Source: Mobula birostris (Eukaryota). From it: a stretch of DNA of 64,000 nt. Below, piece after piece: positions 24,301-39,300 of this stretch (the stretch's first letter is position 1; each line of letters starts with the position of its first letter). Location: contig NC_092396.1 of NCBI RefSeq assembly GCF_030028105.1, positions 18,187,820 to 18,251,819 on the forward strand, in the 5' to 3' direction. The translations under genes and the position numbers were made by a program. Under the pieces are notes generated by a model that was given only the letters and a program-made list of their open reading frames with translations, did no database searches and was not told where the DNA came from.

Positions 24301-27300
24301 CTCGCATCTTCTGTGGGACCATGAATCTCCCATCTTCAGGGTAAACTCTTCTGCTTGTGCCCCCTCTCCCCTGGTCATTGAACTGTGCTGGGTCAGCCTG
24401 GCTCAGTGATGCTGAGTATCGGAAATCAGGGAAAAGTCACTGAGGAAGTTCAATCCCCTCCCCCTCAGTACAACGTAGACACTGAGGAAGTTCAGTCCTC
24501 TCCCCCTCAGTACAACGTAGACAGGATAAACAAAGGTGAATCAATGGATTTCTCGTACTTCCAGAAGTCGACCCCCCCCACCTTCTCCTTCCCCACTCCC
24601 TATTCTTGTTTCCCTTTCACACCTTCTCTTCTTACCTGCCCATCACCTTCCTCTGGTGCCCCTCCCCCTTCCCTTTCTTCCATGGTCTTCTGTCCTCTCC
24701 TACCAGATTCTCCCTTCTCCAGCCCTTTCTCTCTTTCACCAATCGACCTCTCAGCTCTTTACTTCACCCCCTCCTGGTTCCATACATCACCTACCACTTT
24801 GTACTTCTTCCTCCCCCTCCCTCTACCTTCTTATTCTGACTTCTCATTATTATTATTCGGCCTGAAACATTGACTGTTTACTCTCTTCCTGAGATGCTGC
24901 CTGCCCTGCTGAGTTCCTTCAGCAATGTGTGTGTTGCTGTGGATGTTCTCCACTTGAATTTCCAGAAGGCCTTTGGGAGAGTCTCGGACCAGAGGGCACA
25001 ACCTTAGAATAGAAGAACATAGAACATAGAATAGTACAGCACAGTACAGGCCCTACGGCCCACAATGTTGTGCCAACCCTCAAACCCTGCCTCCCATATA
25101 AGCCCCCACCTTAAATTCCTCCATATACCTGTCTAGTAGTCTCTTAAACTTCACTAGTGTATCTGCCTCCACCACTGACTCAGGCAGTGCTTTCCATGCA
25201 CCAACCACTCTCTGAGTAAAAAACCTTCCTCTAATATCTCCCTTGAACTTCCCACCCCTTACCTTAAAGCCATGTCCTCTTGTATTGAGCAGTGGTGCTC
25301 TGGGGAAGAGGCGCTGGCTATCCACTCTATCTATTCCTCTTATTATCTTGTACACCTCTATCATGTCTCCTCTCATCCTCCTTCTCTCCAAAGAGTAAAG
25401 CCCTAGCTCCCTTAATCTCTGATCATAATGCATACTCTCTAAACCAGGCAGCATCCTGGTAAATCTCCTCTGTACCCTTTCCAATGCTTCCACATCCTTC
25501 CTATAGTGAGGTGACCAGAACTGGACACAGTACTCCAAGTGTGGCCTAACCAGAGTTTTATAGAGCTGCATCATTACATCGCGACTCTTAAACTCTATCC
25601 CTCGACTTATGAAAGCTAACACCCCATAAGCTTTCTTCACTACCCTATCCACCTGTCAAGGATGTCACTTGAGAAAATAAATGAGGAATTTATTCAGCCA
25701 GGGGATGGTGAATCTGTGGATTTCATTGCCACAGATGGCTGGGGAGGGTTGATAGGTTCTTATTAGTCAAAAGTGCACGGAGAAGGCTGGAGAATGGGGA
25801 TGAGAGGGAAAATAAGTCAGCCATGATCAAACGGCGGAGCAGACTTGAGAGGGTGAGTGCCCTAATTCTGCTGCACTGTTTTCTGGTCTAATCTTCTCCC
25901 CAACCAGTCAACCCCACTTCAGCGCCAATGAATCAAGAGCCCTTAATCCTGTTGTGAGACTGCTCTCGCACCTGAACAGCATCTGTTTCAGCATCCGGTT
26001 AACGGTGGCAACTCGAGGCTGGCGCCCGGTCGACAGGCTGTGGAGCTGGATGTTGGACGAGATCAAATTCATTGTGATGTCAGCGTCAGCTGCCACTCCT
26101 GCCCCACAACAGCTGGGTAGAGAGAGAGAGAGAGAGAGAAGAAGTTAATATCACAGGGAGAGGGTGGGAAGTTAATGTCGCAATGAAAGCCTGTTGGAGA
26201 GTGAGAAGTTTGCTTTAGTGGTGGGGCATATTATTGGAACAATTCTGGCAATAAGCCTTCATTCAGAAGGGCACAGATCAACCAACAATGATTGTAAGGG
26301 ATTTGTTAAGGAGAGATTATGTCCACCTGACTAAATATTTTGCAGAGACAGAGGGAAGAGGAAGAGACTGGCTTTACTTGTCACATGTACAGTGAAATGT
26401 GTCATTTGCATCAATCGCATCAAGTCAGCAAGGATCGCGCTGGATCAGTCCACATGTGTCCCCGCGCTTCCAGAACCAATATAGCAGGCCCACAGTTCAC
26501 TAACCCTCACCCTAACTTTCCGTCTTTGGAGTGTGGGAGGAAACTGAAGCATTCGGAGGAAACACACACAGGGGAAAATCTGCAGATGCTGGAAATCCAA
26601 AGCAACAGACACAGAATGCTGGAGGAGCTCAGCTGACCGGGCAGCATCTGTGGAAAAGAGTAAACAGTCGATGTTTCAGGGCCGAGACCACGTGCCCCAA
26701 TGGAGGGTCTTGGCCCGAAACGTCGACTGTTTACTCCTTTCCATAGATGCTGTCTGGCCTGCTGAGTTCCTCCAGCATTTGGTGTGTGGCACCCAGAGGA
26801 AACCCATGCAGTCACGGGGAGAATATATAAATTCCTTACAGACATTAGCGGGAATCGAACCCCCATCTGTGCCCAGGAGGGCGGGAAAGGGAAGCAATCA
26901 CCAAGGGTGCTTTAGCAAGACTTTTGAACAGGTGACACACAAAGAGTGGCAAAGATAGGAATTTCAAGGGATACAAAGTAGAGTGGTAAATCTGATCCAA
27001 AAGTTGTTAGTAGAAGACCATTACAACTGGCGTTCCATAATGGCTCAGTTCCTTTCTTTTTATTTTATGTATTAATATTTCAGACTTAATTCTGGGTAAC
27101 AAACTAAAGAAAGTTTGCTGATGCTGTAAAAATTGGCCAGGTGATTGAGGGGGCTAAAAGCTCAGGATCATATTGCTGACCTGATCAATTGAGCAGTTGG
27201 ATATCGAATTTAATCCAGAGATGTGTGAGATAGTCGTTTGAGGAAATAGCAAATAGGATTGATGAGCTTACTTGGATTTTCAGAAGGCATTTGACAAAGT

Positions 27301-30300
27301 GCCACACACGAGGCTGCTTAACAAGATAATAGTCTATGGTATTACAGGAAAGATACCAGCATGGATAGAGGATTGGCTGACTGGAAGGAGACAAAGAGGC
27401 AAAGAGTGGGAATAAAGGGGGCCTTTTCTGGTTGGCTGTTGGTGACTTGTGGTGTCCGGCAGGGATCAGTGTTAGGACTGTTTCTTTTCATGTTATAGGT
27501 GAATGATTTGGATAATGGAATTGATGGCTTTCGTGCCAAGTTTGCGGGCGATATGAAAAGAGATGGAAGGGCAGATGGTGCTGAGGAAGCACGGAGGATG
27601 CAGAAGGACTTAGACAAATTGGGAGAATGGGCAAAGAGGTGGTAAATGGAATATGGTGTTGGGAAGTGTATGGTCATGGACTTTGGTAGAAGTAACAAAA
27701 GGGTAAACTATTTCCTAAATGGGGAGAAAATTAAAAAATTAGAGGTGCAAAGAGACTTGGAAGTTCTCGTGCAGGATTACCTAACAGTTAACTTATAGGT
27801 TGAGTCGGTGGTGTAAGGAAGGCAAAAGCAATGTTAGCATTCATTTCAAAAGGACTAGAATATAAAAGCAAGGATATAATGCTGAGGCTTTATAAGGCAC
27901 TGGTTAGAATACACGAGGGGTATTGTGAGCAGTTTTGGGCCCCTTATCTAAGAAAACTTGTGCTGGTATTGGGGAGGAGGTTCACGAGAACGATTCTGGG
28001 AATGAAAGGGTTAATGTATGCGGTACATCGATGACTCTGGGCCTGTCCTTGCTGGAGTTTAGAAGAAAATGAGTGGGGATCACAGCAGAGCAGCAATGGC
28101 TGGAATTTCTGGAAGCAATTCTGAAGGCACAGGATATATATTTCAAGATTCAAAAAACTTTGTCATTCTAACCGTACATCAGCTCTGCAGGGCAGAATGA
28201 GACAGCGTTTCCCAGGAGCAGTGCAATCATAACAAACGCAACACTAAATAATAAACATAACAAAAAATAGTAAAACACAACAGCCACATGTCAGTTAAAA
28301 TCAAGTTATAAGTGTCCAGTGCAAGTTAAAAGTGTCCAAAGCAGAGTCAGGTAGAGCAGCTATTTAGCAGTCTGCCTGCCTGTGGGAGGAAGCTGTTTAG
28401 TAGCCTTGTGGTTTTAGATTTGATGCTCCTGTAACGGTTGCCTGATGGCAGAAGAACAAACAGTTCATGGAGAGGGTGTGAGGGGTCTTTAATGATGTAC
28501 CGTGTCTTCTGGAGGCATCGACTCTGAAAGAGGTCTTGGACAGAAGGCAGGGAGACCCCAATAACCTTCTCTGCTCCCCTAACCACCCTCTGCAAGGCTT
28601 TTTTGTCGACAGCACTGCAGCTGGAGTATCAAAGAGGAAGAAGTATTCTAAAGGAAAGATGACACAACCATGGCTAATAAGAGAAGTCAAAGCCAACACA
28701 AAAGTCAAAGAGAGGGCATATAATAGAGCAACAATTAGTGGAAAGTTAGAGGATTGAAAAGCTTTTAAAAACCAACAGAAGGCAACTAAAAAGTCATTAA
28801 GAAGGTAAAGATGGAATACAAAAGTAAGCTAGCTAATAATATTAAAGAAGATACCAAAAGTTTCTTCAGATACATAAAGTGTAAAAGAGGGACAAGAGTG
28901 GATATCAGACCACTGCAAACGATGCTGGAGAGGTAGTAATGGGGGACAACAAAATGGCGGACAAACTAAATAAGTATTTTGTGTCAGTGTTCACTGTGGA
29001 AGACACTTGCAGGATGGTAAAAGTTCCAGATGTCAGGAGTCGTGAAGTGTGTGAAGTTACCATAACTAGAGAGAAGTTTTCTTGGGAAACTGAAAGGTCT
29101 GAAAATAAATAAATCACCTGGACCAGATGGTGTACACCCCAGAGTTCTGAAAGAGGTGGCTGAATAGATCGTGGAGATATTAGTAATGATCTTTCAAGAA
29201 TCACTAGATTCTGGAATGGTTCCGGAAGACTGGAAAATTGCAAATGTCACTCCATTCTTCAAGAAGGGAGAGAGGCAGAAGAAGGGAGAACTATAGGCCA
29301 ATTAGTCTGACCTCAGTGGTTGGGAAAGTGTTGGAGTCGATTATTAAGGATGAGATCTCAGGGTACTTGGAGGCACACGATAAAATAAACTGTAGTCAGC
29401 ATAGTTTCCTCAAGGAAAAAAATCTTGTCCGACAAATCTTCTGGAATTCTTTGAAGAAATAACAAGCAGGATAGAAAAAGGAGAATCAGATGATGTTGTG
29501 TACTTGGATTTTAAGTAGGCTTTTGACAAGATGCCACACATGAGGCTGCTTAACAAGTTACAAGGCCATGGTATTACAGGAAAGATTCCAGCATGGATAA
29601 AGCAGTAGCTGATTGGCAGGAGGCAAAGAGTGGGAATAAAGGGAGCCTTTATTCAGGCTGGCTGCAAATGTCTAGTGGTGTTCCACAGGGACCTATCTGT
29701 GTTTGGACCGATTCTTTTTATGTTATATGCCAATGATTTGGATGATGGAATTGATGACTTTACTGCAAAGTTTGCAGATGATATGAAGATATGTGGGGGA
29801 GTAGGTGGTTTTGAGGAAGTAGAGAGGCTACAGAAGGACCTAGCAACACACACAAAATGCTAGAGGAACTCAGCACACCAAATAGCATCTATGGAAAAAA
29901 AGTACAGTTGACTTTTCGGGCTGAAACCCTTCAGTAGTAGGACTTAAGACAGATTATGAGAATAGGCAAAGAAATGACAGATGGAGTACAGTGTCAGGAA
30001 GTGTATGGTCATGCACTTTGGTAGAAGAAATGAAAAAGTTGACTATTTTCTAAATGGAGAGAAAATACAAAAGAATAAGATACAAAGGGACTTGAGAGTT
30101 CTCGTGCAGGATTCCCTGAAGGTTAATTTGCAGGTTGAGTCTGTGGTGAGGAAGGCAAATGCAATGTTAGCATTCATTTCAAGAGGACTAGGATATAAAA
30201 GCAAGGATGTAATGTTGAGACTTTATAAAGCACTGGTGAGGCTCATTTGGAGTATTGTGAGCAGTTTTGGGCCCCTTATCTTAGAGAGGATTTGTTGAAA

Positions 30301-33300
30301 CTGGGGAGGGTTCAAAGGAGGTTCATGAAAATGATTCCAGGATTTAATGGCTTGTCATATGAAGAGTGTTTGATGGCTTTGGGCCTTTTCACTAGAACAC
30401 AAAAGAATGAGGGGTGACCTAATTGAAACCTATCAAATGGTGAAAGGCCTTGGTAGAGTGGATGTGGAGAGGATGTTTTCTATGATGGGAGAGTCTAAGA
30501 CCAGAGGACACAGCCTCAGAATGGGGGGGAGGGTCCTTTTAGAGCACAGATGAGGAGAAATTTCTTTAGCCAGAGAGTGGTGAATCTGTGGAATTCTTTG
30601 CCACAGGCAGCTGTGGAGGCCAAGTCTTTATGTATTTTTAAGGCAGAGGTCGATGGATTCTTGATTGGTCAGAGCATGAAGGGATGTGGGGGAGAAGGCA
30701 GGAGATTGGGGCTGAGGGGAAAACTGGATCAGCCACGATGAAATGGCAGAGCAGACTCGATGGGTCAAATGGCCTAATTCTGCTCTGATATCTTATGGTC
30801 TCATTGAGACCTATCAAATTTTGGAAGGTCTGAATAGTGTGGGTAGGGAGGATGTTTCCTAGAGAGGGCGAGTCTGGGACCAGGGGGCACAGCCTCAGAC
30901 TAGAGGGGCAACCTTTTATAACGGAGATGAGAAGGAATTTCTTCATCCGGAGGGTGGTGAATCTGTGGAATTCATTGCCACAGAGAGCTGTGGAGGCCAA
31001 GTCATTTGGTATACTTAAAGCAGGGTTCTTGATTAGTCAGGGCGTCAAAGCTTACGGGGAGAAGGCCAGAGAATGGGGTTGAGAGGGATAATAAATCAGC
31101 CAAGATAGAATGGCAGAGCAGGCTCGATGGGCCAAATGGCCTAATTCTGCTCCTATGTCTTGTGGTCTTATAATGAATTGTGGAAGTTGCAACCGGGGAA
31201 ATGGAAGGATTTTGACTGGTATGGAGGGAGAAATGGTCCTAAAAATGTACATTATCAGACCCTCAGTTATGATAGGAGTGGCAATGAAAAAGTTCAAAAC
31301 AGCTTGCTGGATGTTTTTACTTATATAGAAGAAAATGGAAACATAAGAGACTAAAGATACTGGAATCTGGAGCAACGCACATGGTAACTGAGGAAATCAG
31401 TGGGTCAGGCAGCATACATTTAGGGGTATCTACTGTGAATGCCCACAAGGAAATGAACCCCAAGGTAGTATACGGTGACATGCACAGTATATGCTTGGGT
31501 AATAGATCTAGTTTGAACTTAGTTTTAAACTCTGAAATGGGCAGCTGACATCTGGAATCAAGAAGGAAGAAAACACTGGCAGGTGATAGGTCGATCCAGG
31601 TAAGGTGGGGGAGGGGAAGCGAAAGGCTGACAGAGGAGGGAAGAGTGGAAGTAGGTGACAGAGACTGGGAGGTGATGGGCAGAGGCAACATAGGGCTGTA
31701 GGTGATGGAGACTGATAGGAAAGGAAGGCCGAGCATGGAACCAAGTAAGGGAGACGAGAAGAGCAGAGGTACCAATAGGAGGCGACGTCCCAGTGGAAGG
31801 AGAGTGTGAGTGATGGTCTGGAGACGGTGGAGGAGCAGAAAGAGATAAGGTGATGAGGGCTGGGATGGGTGTAGGAAGAACTGGGTAGGTCAGGAGGAGA
31901 GAGAAAAGGAACAGAGGAGGAGAAGTTGGCTTGGAACAGGAGAATTCAATATCCATGTCATTGGACTGAAAACTATCCAGGTGGAATTTGAGGTGCTTTT
32001 AGTTGCTTGAGTTTAGCCTCACCCTGGCAGTGGAGAAAGCCGAGGGTGGACATGTCAGTGTGGGAATGGGGAAGAGAATTAAAATGGCTAGTGACCTGGA
32101 GCTCCAGACAGCTTGGATGGAGGTGTAAGAACCGGAGTTACACACTTGTGGTGACGGGGGAGAAGTTCCTGGGAGGGGAAAAACAGACCAGGAAGTCACG
32201 GAGGGAGTCGTCCCAGTTGAAAGAAGAAAGGGTAGAGAAGTTGAAGATGACAGTGGGAGCAAGCTGCAGATTACAGAGGTTGTGAAGAATGAGGTATTGC
32301 GTGCATTTGCCAGTGGGGTGATAGGTGAGGACTACAGGGACTCTGTCGGAGGGGAAGTAGTGAGGTAAGAAGTGTGGGAAATAGAGTAGATATGGATGAG
32401 AGCTCCAGCAGCTGGGAGGGAAATCCTGTTTTCTGAAAGCTCTGATGTCCAGCAATGGAAGGCCTTGCTTTGAGAACAGATGCAGTGGAGAGGGAGAAAC
32501 TGAGGTAAAAAGGAACAGTGTCCTTTCAGGCAACAGGGTGAGAGGAGGTGCAGTTAAGGTACCTGTGGAAGTCAGTAGATAGACTGTCTCCTGAGAGGGA
32601 ACTGTGTACAACACTAGTTAGCTTTGGGAATAGCACAGTAGCTTAACACTATTACAACACCGGTGACCCAGGCTCATTTCTTGCCGCTGTCTTGTGGTGT
32701 ACACTCTCACCACAACTGTGTTGATTTCCTCTGGGTGCTCTGGTTTCCTCCCACATTTCAAAGACATACAGGTTCTTAGGGTAATTGGTCACATGCATGT
32801 AATTAAGCAGCAGGGGCACATTGGGCCGGAAGGCACCATTACCATGTTACATCTCTAAATAAAACTAAAGGTTTAAACACTGTCTTTAGTTTTGGTCTCC
32901 TCTTCATGGAAAACAGGTGATTTCACTGGAGAAAGTTCAGGGAAAATTCATGAGGATGTCACCAAAACTGGAAAACTGTAGTTGTGGGGAAAGTTGGATC
33001 AACTTGGCTTGTTTGGAGCAAAGGAGGGTATGAGGAGATGTCATTATACAGTATGGCCACTAGAGGGAGTGATGTAACGGATGTCAGTTTGTGAATCCCA
33101 AGAACAAGACTTACTAAATGTTTGAAGCGATATGGTGTATCTTGATGCAATTCTTTGCCGCCACGACCATGTCATCTGTGGCCCGGGTATCAGCTCCCAA
33201 AATCACCCCATCCTACACAACAAAACACAGGAAGTAGTCAGTCATTGGTTGCACCACACCCTGGAATGGAAACACCAATGCCCTTGAAATAAAAACCCTG

Positions 33301-36300
33301 CAAAAAGTAGTGGATACGGCCCAGTCCATCACAGGTAAAGCCCTCCCCACCATTGAGCACATCTACACAGAGTAGTATCGCAGGAAAACAGCATCCATCA
33401 TCAACCACCCAGGCCATGCTCTCTTCTCGCTGCTACCACCAGGAAAGAGGTTCAGGAGCCTCAGGGACTCACACCAGCAGGTTCAGGAATAGTTATTACC
33501 CTTCAACCATCAGGCTCCTGAACCGGAGGGGATAACCTCACTCACCACAACAATAAACTGTTCCCACAACCTACGGGTCTGATTTCAAGGACTGTTCACC
33601 TCATTTTCTCAATATTTATTGTCTATTTATTTATTTAGATTTTTTTTTCTTTTTGTATTTGCACAGTTTTGTCTGTTGAACATTGGTTGTTTGTCTGTCT
33701 TGTTGTGTGAGGTTTTTCATTGTATTTACTGTGAATGCAAATGAATCTGAGGATGGCATATATGTACTTTGATAAATAACTTTACTTTGAACTCATTCAC
33801 CAAGCCCCGTCACGCTGCCCAGGGCAAACTGAGAACCCAAAGATGCCAAAGCAGCCTGCCTGGAGCTCTGTTAATTACAGCCTCCAGTTCACCCAGGGTG
33901 AAAGATTTGACACAAACTGGGCATTTTTCCCCATTCCGGTCATTTTTTTTTTTGGGATGCAAATATGTACTGCCCATCCCTATAAGCTACTTTAAAAGTT
34001 GTAAAGAGCTAACTTCTCGAACCACTGCAATCCCTCTAATGAAGGGTCGCACACTCACACTCACTGTAAGGGATGGCAATGTTGGTCCAAGTCAAGTATA
34101 ACTTGGTGCACCTCAGCCCTTGTTCTTGGCCATAGGGATTGCAGGTTTGGGAGGAGTTTTCACTTCACCTGGCCAAATAACTACAGTGCATTCCGAGGAC
34201 AATACACACATTCAGATATTGTGTGCCATCTGCAGAGGTGTTTAAGGTGATGGGTGGACTACAATTGTCTGGGCTGTTTAATCCTGGTTCTTGAGTGTTG
34301 TTGAAACTGAACTCACGTAGGCAAATGGAGAATATTCCATTACACTTTGTACATGATGGAAAGGCTTTGGGGTATCAATAGGAGAGTTGCTTACTAGGAG
34401 ATACCTACTCTCTGATGTGCTCTTGTGGCCACAGTATTTACAGTATGTGGTTGGTCCAGGTGAGTTTCTGGCTAGTGATGGCCCCAGGATATTAACAATA
34501 GTGCTATTTAATATCTAAGTTGGGTGGTTAGAATATCTGCTGCGACACACTCAACATGCTGGAGGAACTCAGCAAGTCGGGCAGCGTTTGTGCAAATCAA
34601 TAAACAGTCAACATTTCAGGCTCAGGCCCTTCTTCAGGACTGGAAAGGGAGAGGGAGGACGCCCGAATGAAAAGGTGGTGGGGGGTGGAAAGAGGATAGC
34701 TGGAAGGTGATAGCTGAAGACAAGTGGATAGGAAATATAAAGTGCTGGAGAGGAAGGGATCTGAGAGGAGAGTGCACAAAGGGAAAGAAGGGGGACCCAG
34801 GGGGAGGTGATAGGAAGGTGAGGAGAGGTAAGAGGCCAGAGTTGGGAATAGAAGAAGAGAGGAGGGGGTGAGAAAATACTTTTTTTACTGGAAGGAGAAG
34901 TCGATATTCATGCCAACAGGCTGGAGGCTGCCCAACCTGTAATATATGTTGTTGATGCACATGGCCTGGCTCTTTTGGGGCATTAACCTTACTTCCCTTA
35001 TATCTCACTTCTTTACTAATTAGTACACAGAAAATGTCTGTTCAGCCCTTCCAGTACATGCTGGCCCATACTAGACCTACCTCGTCAGCCCATTCCCTCA
35101 CTTCTTATTTCTTTCTCGTATGCCCACCAATTCTGCTTTGATTATTTCAACACAGACAGCTCTTACACTAAGGGATTATTTTCAGTAACTGGTTAACCTG
35201 GCAAGCAAGTTTTTGGAATGTGGAAGGAAAATGGAGCACACAAGCAGACAGAATGGGCAAACATTGCACCAACAGCAGCTGAGGCTGGAAGACAGCCTGG
35301 TCCCTGTAAGGCAGCAGCCTGAAATGCCAAGTTCCTGTACCAGACCACGACGGAATGCCACGTCTAACCGCCTGAAGAGCTATGAATGAACTGAATATGA
35401 TGCAATCATCAGGGAAAATCCCCAATACTGAACTTGTGAATGAAGGGAGGCCATTGATAAAACAGCTGAAGATGACTGGGTCTAGACCATTGTCCTGAGG
35501 GACTCCTGTGGTGATGTCACAGGGTGGCAGGATTGACTTCCAACCACCACAATAATTTTCCTTTGAGGGAAGCATGGCACCAAACATTGTAGAACTTTTC
35601 CCATTGACGCCAGCTTTCCCAAAGTGATTGTTCTTGCCATAGGAGCAGTGGTTCCCAACCGTGTTTATGCCACGGACCCCTACCATTAAACAAGGGGTCC
35701 GTGGACCCCAGCTTGGGAGCCCCTACTGTAGAGGGAAAGCAATGATGGTTTCTTGGAATAATGTCATTGTCATATGAAATATTGGGTCACGTATGACCAT
35801 ATTCACTGTAGTTTAGATGAACAAGAGGAGATCTTGGAGCTTGACAGGCTAGACGAAGGGAGGATGATTCCCCTTGCTTGTGGGAATAAAATCAAGGGCG
35901 ACATTTTAAGAGCGTGGGGGAAGACGTTTAAGACTCAGATGAGGACTTGTGCAAACCTCACTTGAAAGCTGTGGAGATCAAACAGCTGAATAGGTGGATG
36001 AATGAAGCAGATGTCTCGACACAAAGGGCATGTATCACAGCTCAGCTTGGCAGCAGCTCTGTCCAACACCACAAGGAACTGCAGAGTTGTGGACACACCT
36101 CGTGGGAACCAGCTGACCCTCCGAGGACTTCATTTACACTTCTCACTGCCTCAGTAAAGCAGCCAACATAATCAAAGACCCCACCCACCGTGGAATAGTT
36201 TCTCTTCACCACTGAGCAGAAGATTCAAATGCCTGAGAGCATGTACCACCAGCCTCAAGGACAGCTTTAACCCCGCTGTTAAAAGATTATTGAACGATCC

Positions 36301-39300
36301 CCTCATACAATAACATGGACTCTTGACCTCGCAATCTACCTCACTGTGTCCTTGCACCTTATCGTCTACCTGCACTGCACTTTCTCTGTAAATGTGACAC
36401 TTTATGCTGCATTCTGTGCTTGCTTTCCATCAGTGCGCTATTCTAACGAAATGGACTGTATGGATGTTGTGCAGGACAAAGTTCACTGTCTTTATTATTG
36501 TGTGTGTGACGATCATAAATCCGTTTTACCACTGTGGAGAGCAAAGGAATACAGCACTGAGGGAGGGGATATGCCATGACTTTGTTGCATACCAGGGAAT
36601 ATTTTCCTTCTGCAGTACAAACAAAATGCTGGAAGATCTCAGCAAGTCAGGCAGCATCTGTGGAAATGAATAAGCAGTCGACGTTTCATGCCGAGGCCCT
36701 TCTTCAGGACCGCAAAGGAAGGGGGAAAGATACCAGAATAAAAAGGTGGGGGGGGGGGAGGGAAGGATACCTGGAAGATGATAGGTGAAGCCAAGTGAGA
36801 GGGAAAGTTAGAGGGCTGGAGAGGAAGGGATCAGATAGGAGAGGACAGTGAACCAGAGGAGAAAGGGAAGGAGGAGGGGACCCAGGGGGAGGTGTGAAGA
36901 GGAACAATGCCAGAGTGGGGAACAGGAGGCGGGGAGAATTTTGTTTTTACCGGAAGGAGAAATTGATATTCATGCCATCAGTTGTTACTCCTCCACCCTG
37001 AGGGTGGCCTCATCTTGGCACAAAAGGAGTCCATGGGCCAACAGGCTGACTTTCTCCAGCATTTTGTCTCTGTGCTTTGGACTTCCAGTTGTTGGCAGAA
37101 TTTCTAATGTTTATGATCAGCAGAATCCCTTGTGTTTAACATAAGCCTGCGGGTGCTCCTTTTTTGTCTTTATATGGCCGCTGGATGCTACACTCAGTCA
37201 AGCACGGCCTTACAGTCACGGGTTGTCGCTCTCCCATCACCAGAATTCAGCTCCTTGTTTCATATTGCACCATGTTTATGATGGGTTCTGGAACTGAAAG
37301 GCCCTGGTGAAACCCAGACAGGGTACCAGTGAGCAGGTGAATGGTGCATGCTTTGTGAGGTCACTGTAAATGAAACCTTCCATCTTTTCGGTGCTGACTG
37401 GGAGCAGACTGGATGACATAAGCTGGGATAACCACCCTGCCATCATTTCACCTTGCACCAGACAAGGCCAAAGACGGTGCCTTTTGTGTGAAGGGAGGAC
37501 TCTTGTCTCCATAGAGACTGTAAGCTGGTCATTTCTAGCAGTGTAATCACACATCAGTGCCTCTGCCACAGGTACATCTTCTCTGGTCGTTAGGTCCCTC
37601 AGGGCGTCACCAAGCCACCTCCCTATGGTGGACATTAAAGTCCTCCTGCCTGAGTACATTTTGTGCCCTTGCAGCATCCAGTGCTTCTTCCAAGTGCCAA
37701 CGAAAAGAGAGGAGCTGAGGGAGGGCACTGGGCACCAGGGAGAAATTCCGTTGTCTATACTTGACCTGGATCATCAGACTTCATGGGACCCAGAGTCAGT
37801 GCTGAGGTCTCCCAGGGCTAATCCCTCTGACCTGTACACCCCTATGGCCCTCACCTCCAGGGGTTCTGTCCCACCAGTGGGGCAGGACATAGCCTGTGAT
37901 TGTGATGGGAAGGTCTGCAGGAAATACAAGCTGATGTAGGCCAGAACCCTGTGGCAGCTCCTCTTAACAGGAACCACTCCATAAATGTTTATCAACTAAG
38001 ACACATGCACTTTTGGTGGGGCATTAGTGAAACAATTTTTACAACAAACTGCTAGTTTTATGCTCATCTTTACTAATGACCTTTTACCTTTTGATTCAAG
38101 AATATTTCCTGATTTAAAGCCCACAGCTGCCATGGTTGGATCTGAGCTCATTTCACCAGATCATTAGTGCAGGTGGCCACAGTGCTAATGTTCGATTTAA
38201 CGCCTGTACCATCGTTGTACTTAGCTAAATCCTGCCCTGGAGATCCCTACCACCCTGGGAGTTGGAAATGACTCGGAAAGTGTGTAACTCGGGTGGCTGA
38301 TGGTTGGGTTGAGCTGTTCTCCGATCTTGACAATCCATTTGCAAACGTTTCAACGCCATACGAGGAGACATCATCAGGGCACAGTCAGTTTATGGTGCAT
38401 CCTCCGATTGCTTGGCCTTTATATACTTATCAATCAACCGATTGGTCATCATTATGGAAACTCAATTGACATACAGAAGCAAATGCGAGCAAAATTCGAG
38501 ACTACAACTCACAGAGTTTGTCACGCAACCAGTGACGAGACCCCCCCTCCCTACATCACAATTGAATTTCCATACTGATGACCAATCAGCGGATAGATAA
38601 ATATATAAAGGCCAATCATTTGGAGGTCACACCACAAATTAACAGGGCACTGATGATGTCTCCTGGTACGGTGACGGAATGTTTGCAAAATGGATTACCC
38701 TGGGGGTGTCAGCGACTGGTGCGGTGGGTGAACGGTTACCTTGAAGATGGCGCCAGCGATGGTAGTCCCTGTCTTCTTTGGTTTTGGAGGGTTGAAGCCC
38801 ACCTTCTGTAGGTTTCCCTCCAACTCAGTGTTCCTGAAAGACACAATAGGTTTGAAAAGAGACAGAGGGAGTGAGCTAGGGAGAGAATGAGCAAGTTGGG
38901 CCAAATCTGCAGACTTGTGTCAGGATCACACGGGAACATTTACCCCGTGAGCTCTTGGCCCTAATCAGTGACTGCTGACAGAGGGCTCGTCACATGGTGG
39001 TGAAGATGCGGTAATGAAACAACAAAATCCAGCTATGGCTTGCATCTGCTCCCACTCCAAACCAATCCTCGCCTCACAATTAAATAAGCTGAGGGTGTTT
39101 ACGGGTAGAGAGTCAGAGATGGGTGAATTCACAGTGATGAGGGATTGCTTGCATAGACAGCCAGTGCCTTCAGAAAGGGAGCTTTTGGTCAGGTAGGAGG
39201 GAGGTTGGAAAATGGAGGAACGAAGGGGAGGGAGGTGAAAGGAGATAAAGACTGAAAAGGCGGTGTGGAGTGGGAGAGAGGTGAAGGGAGGGAAGATGAG

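Noticed and set aside
25080-25652. 190-aa ORF as a host gene
   Set aside because: It is the C-terminus of CR1 ORF2, 5'-truncated with a typical tail.
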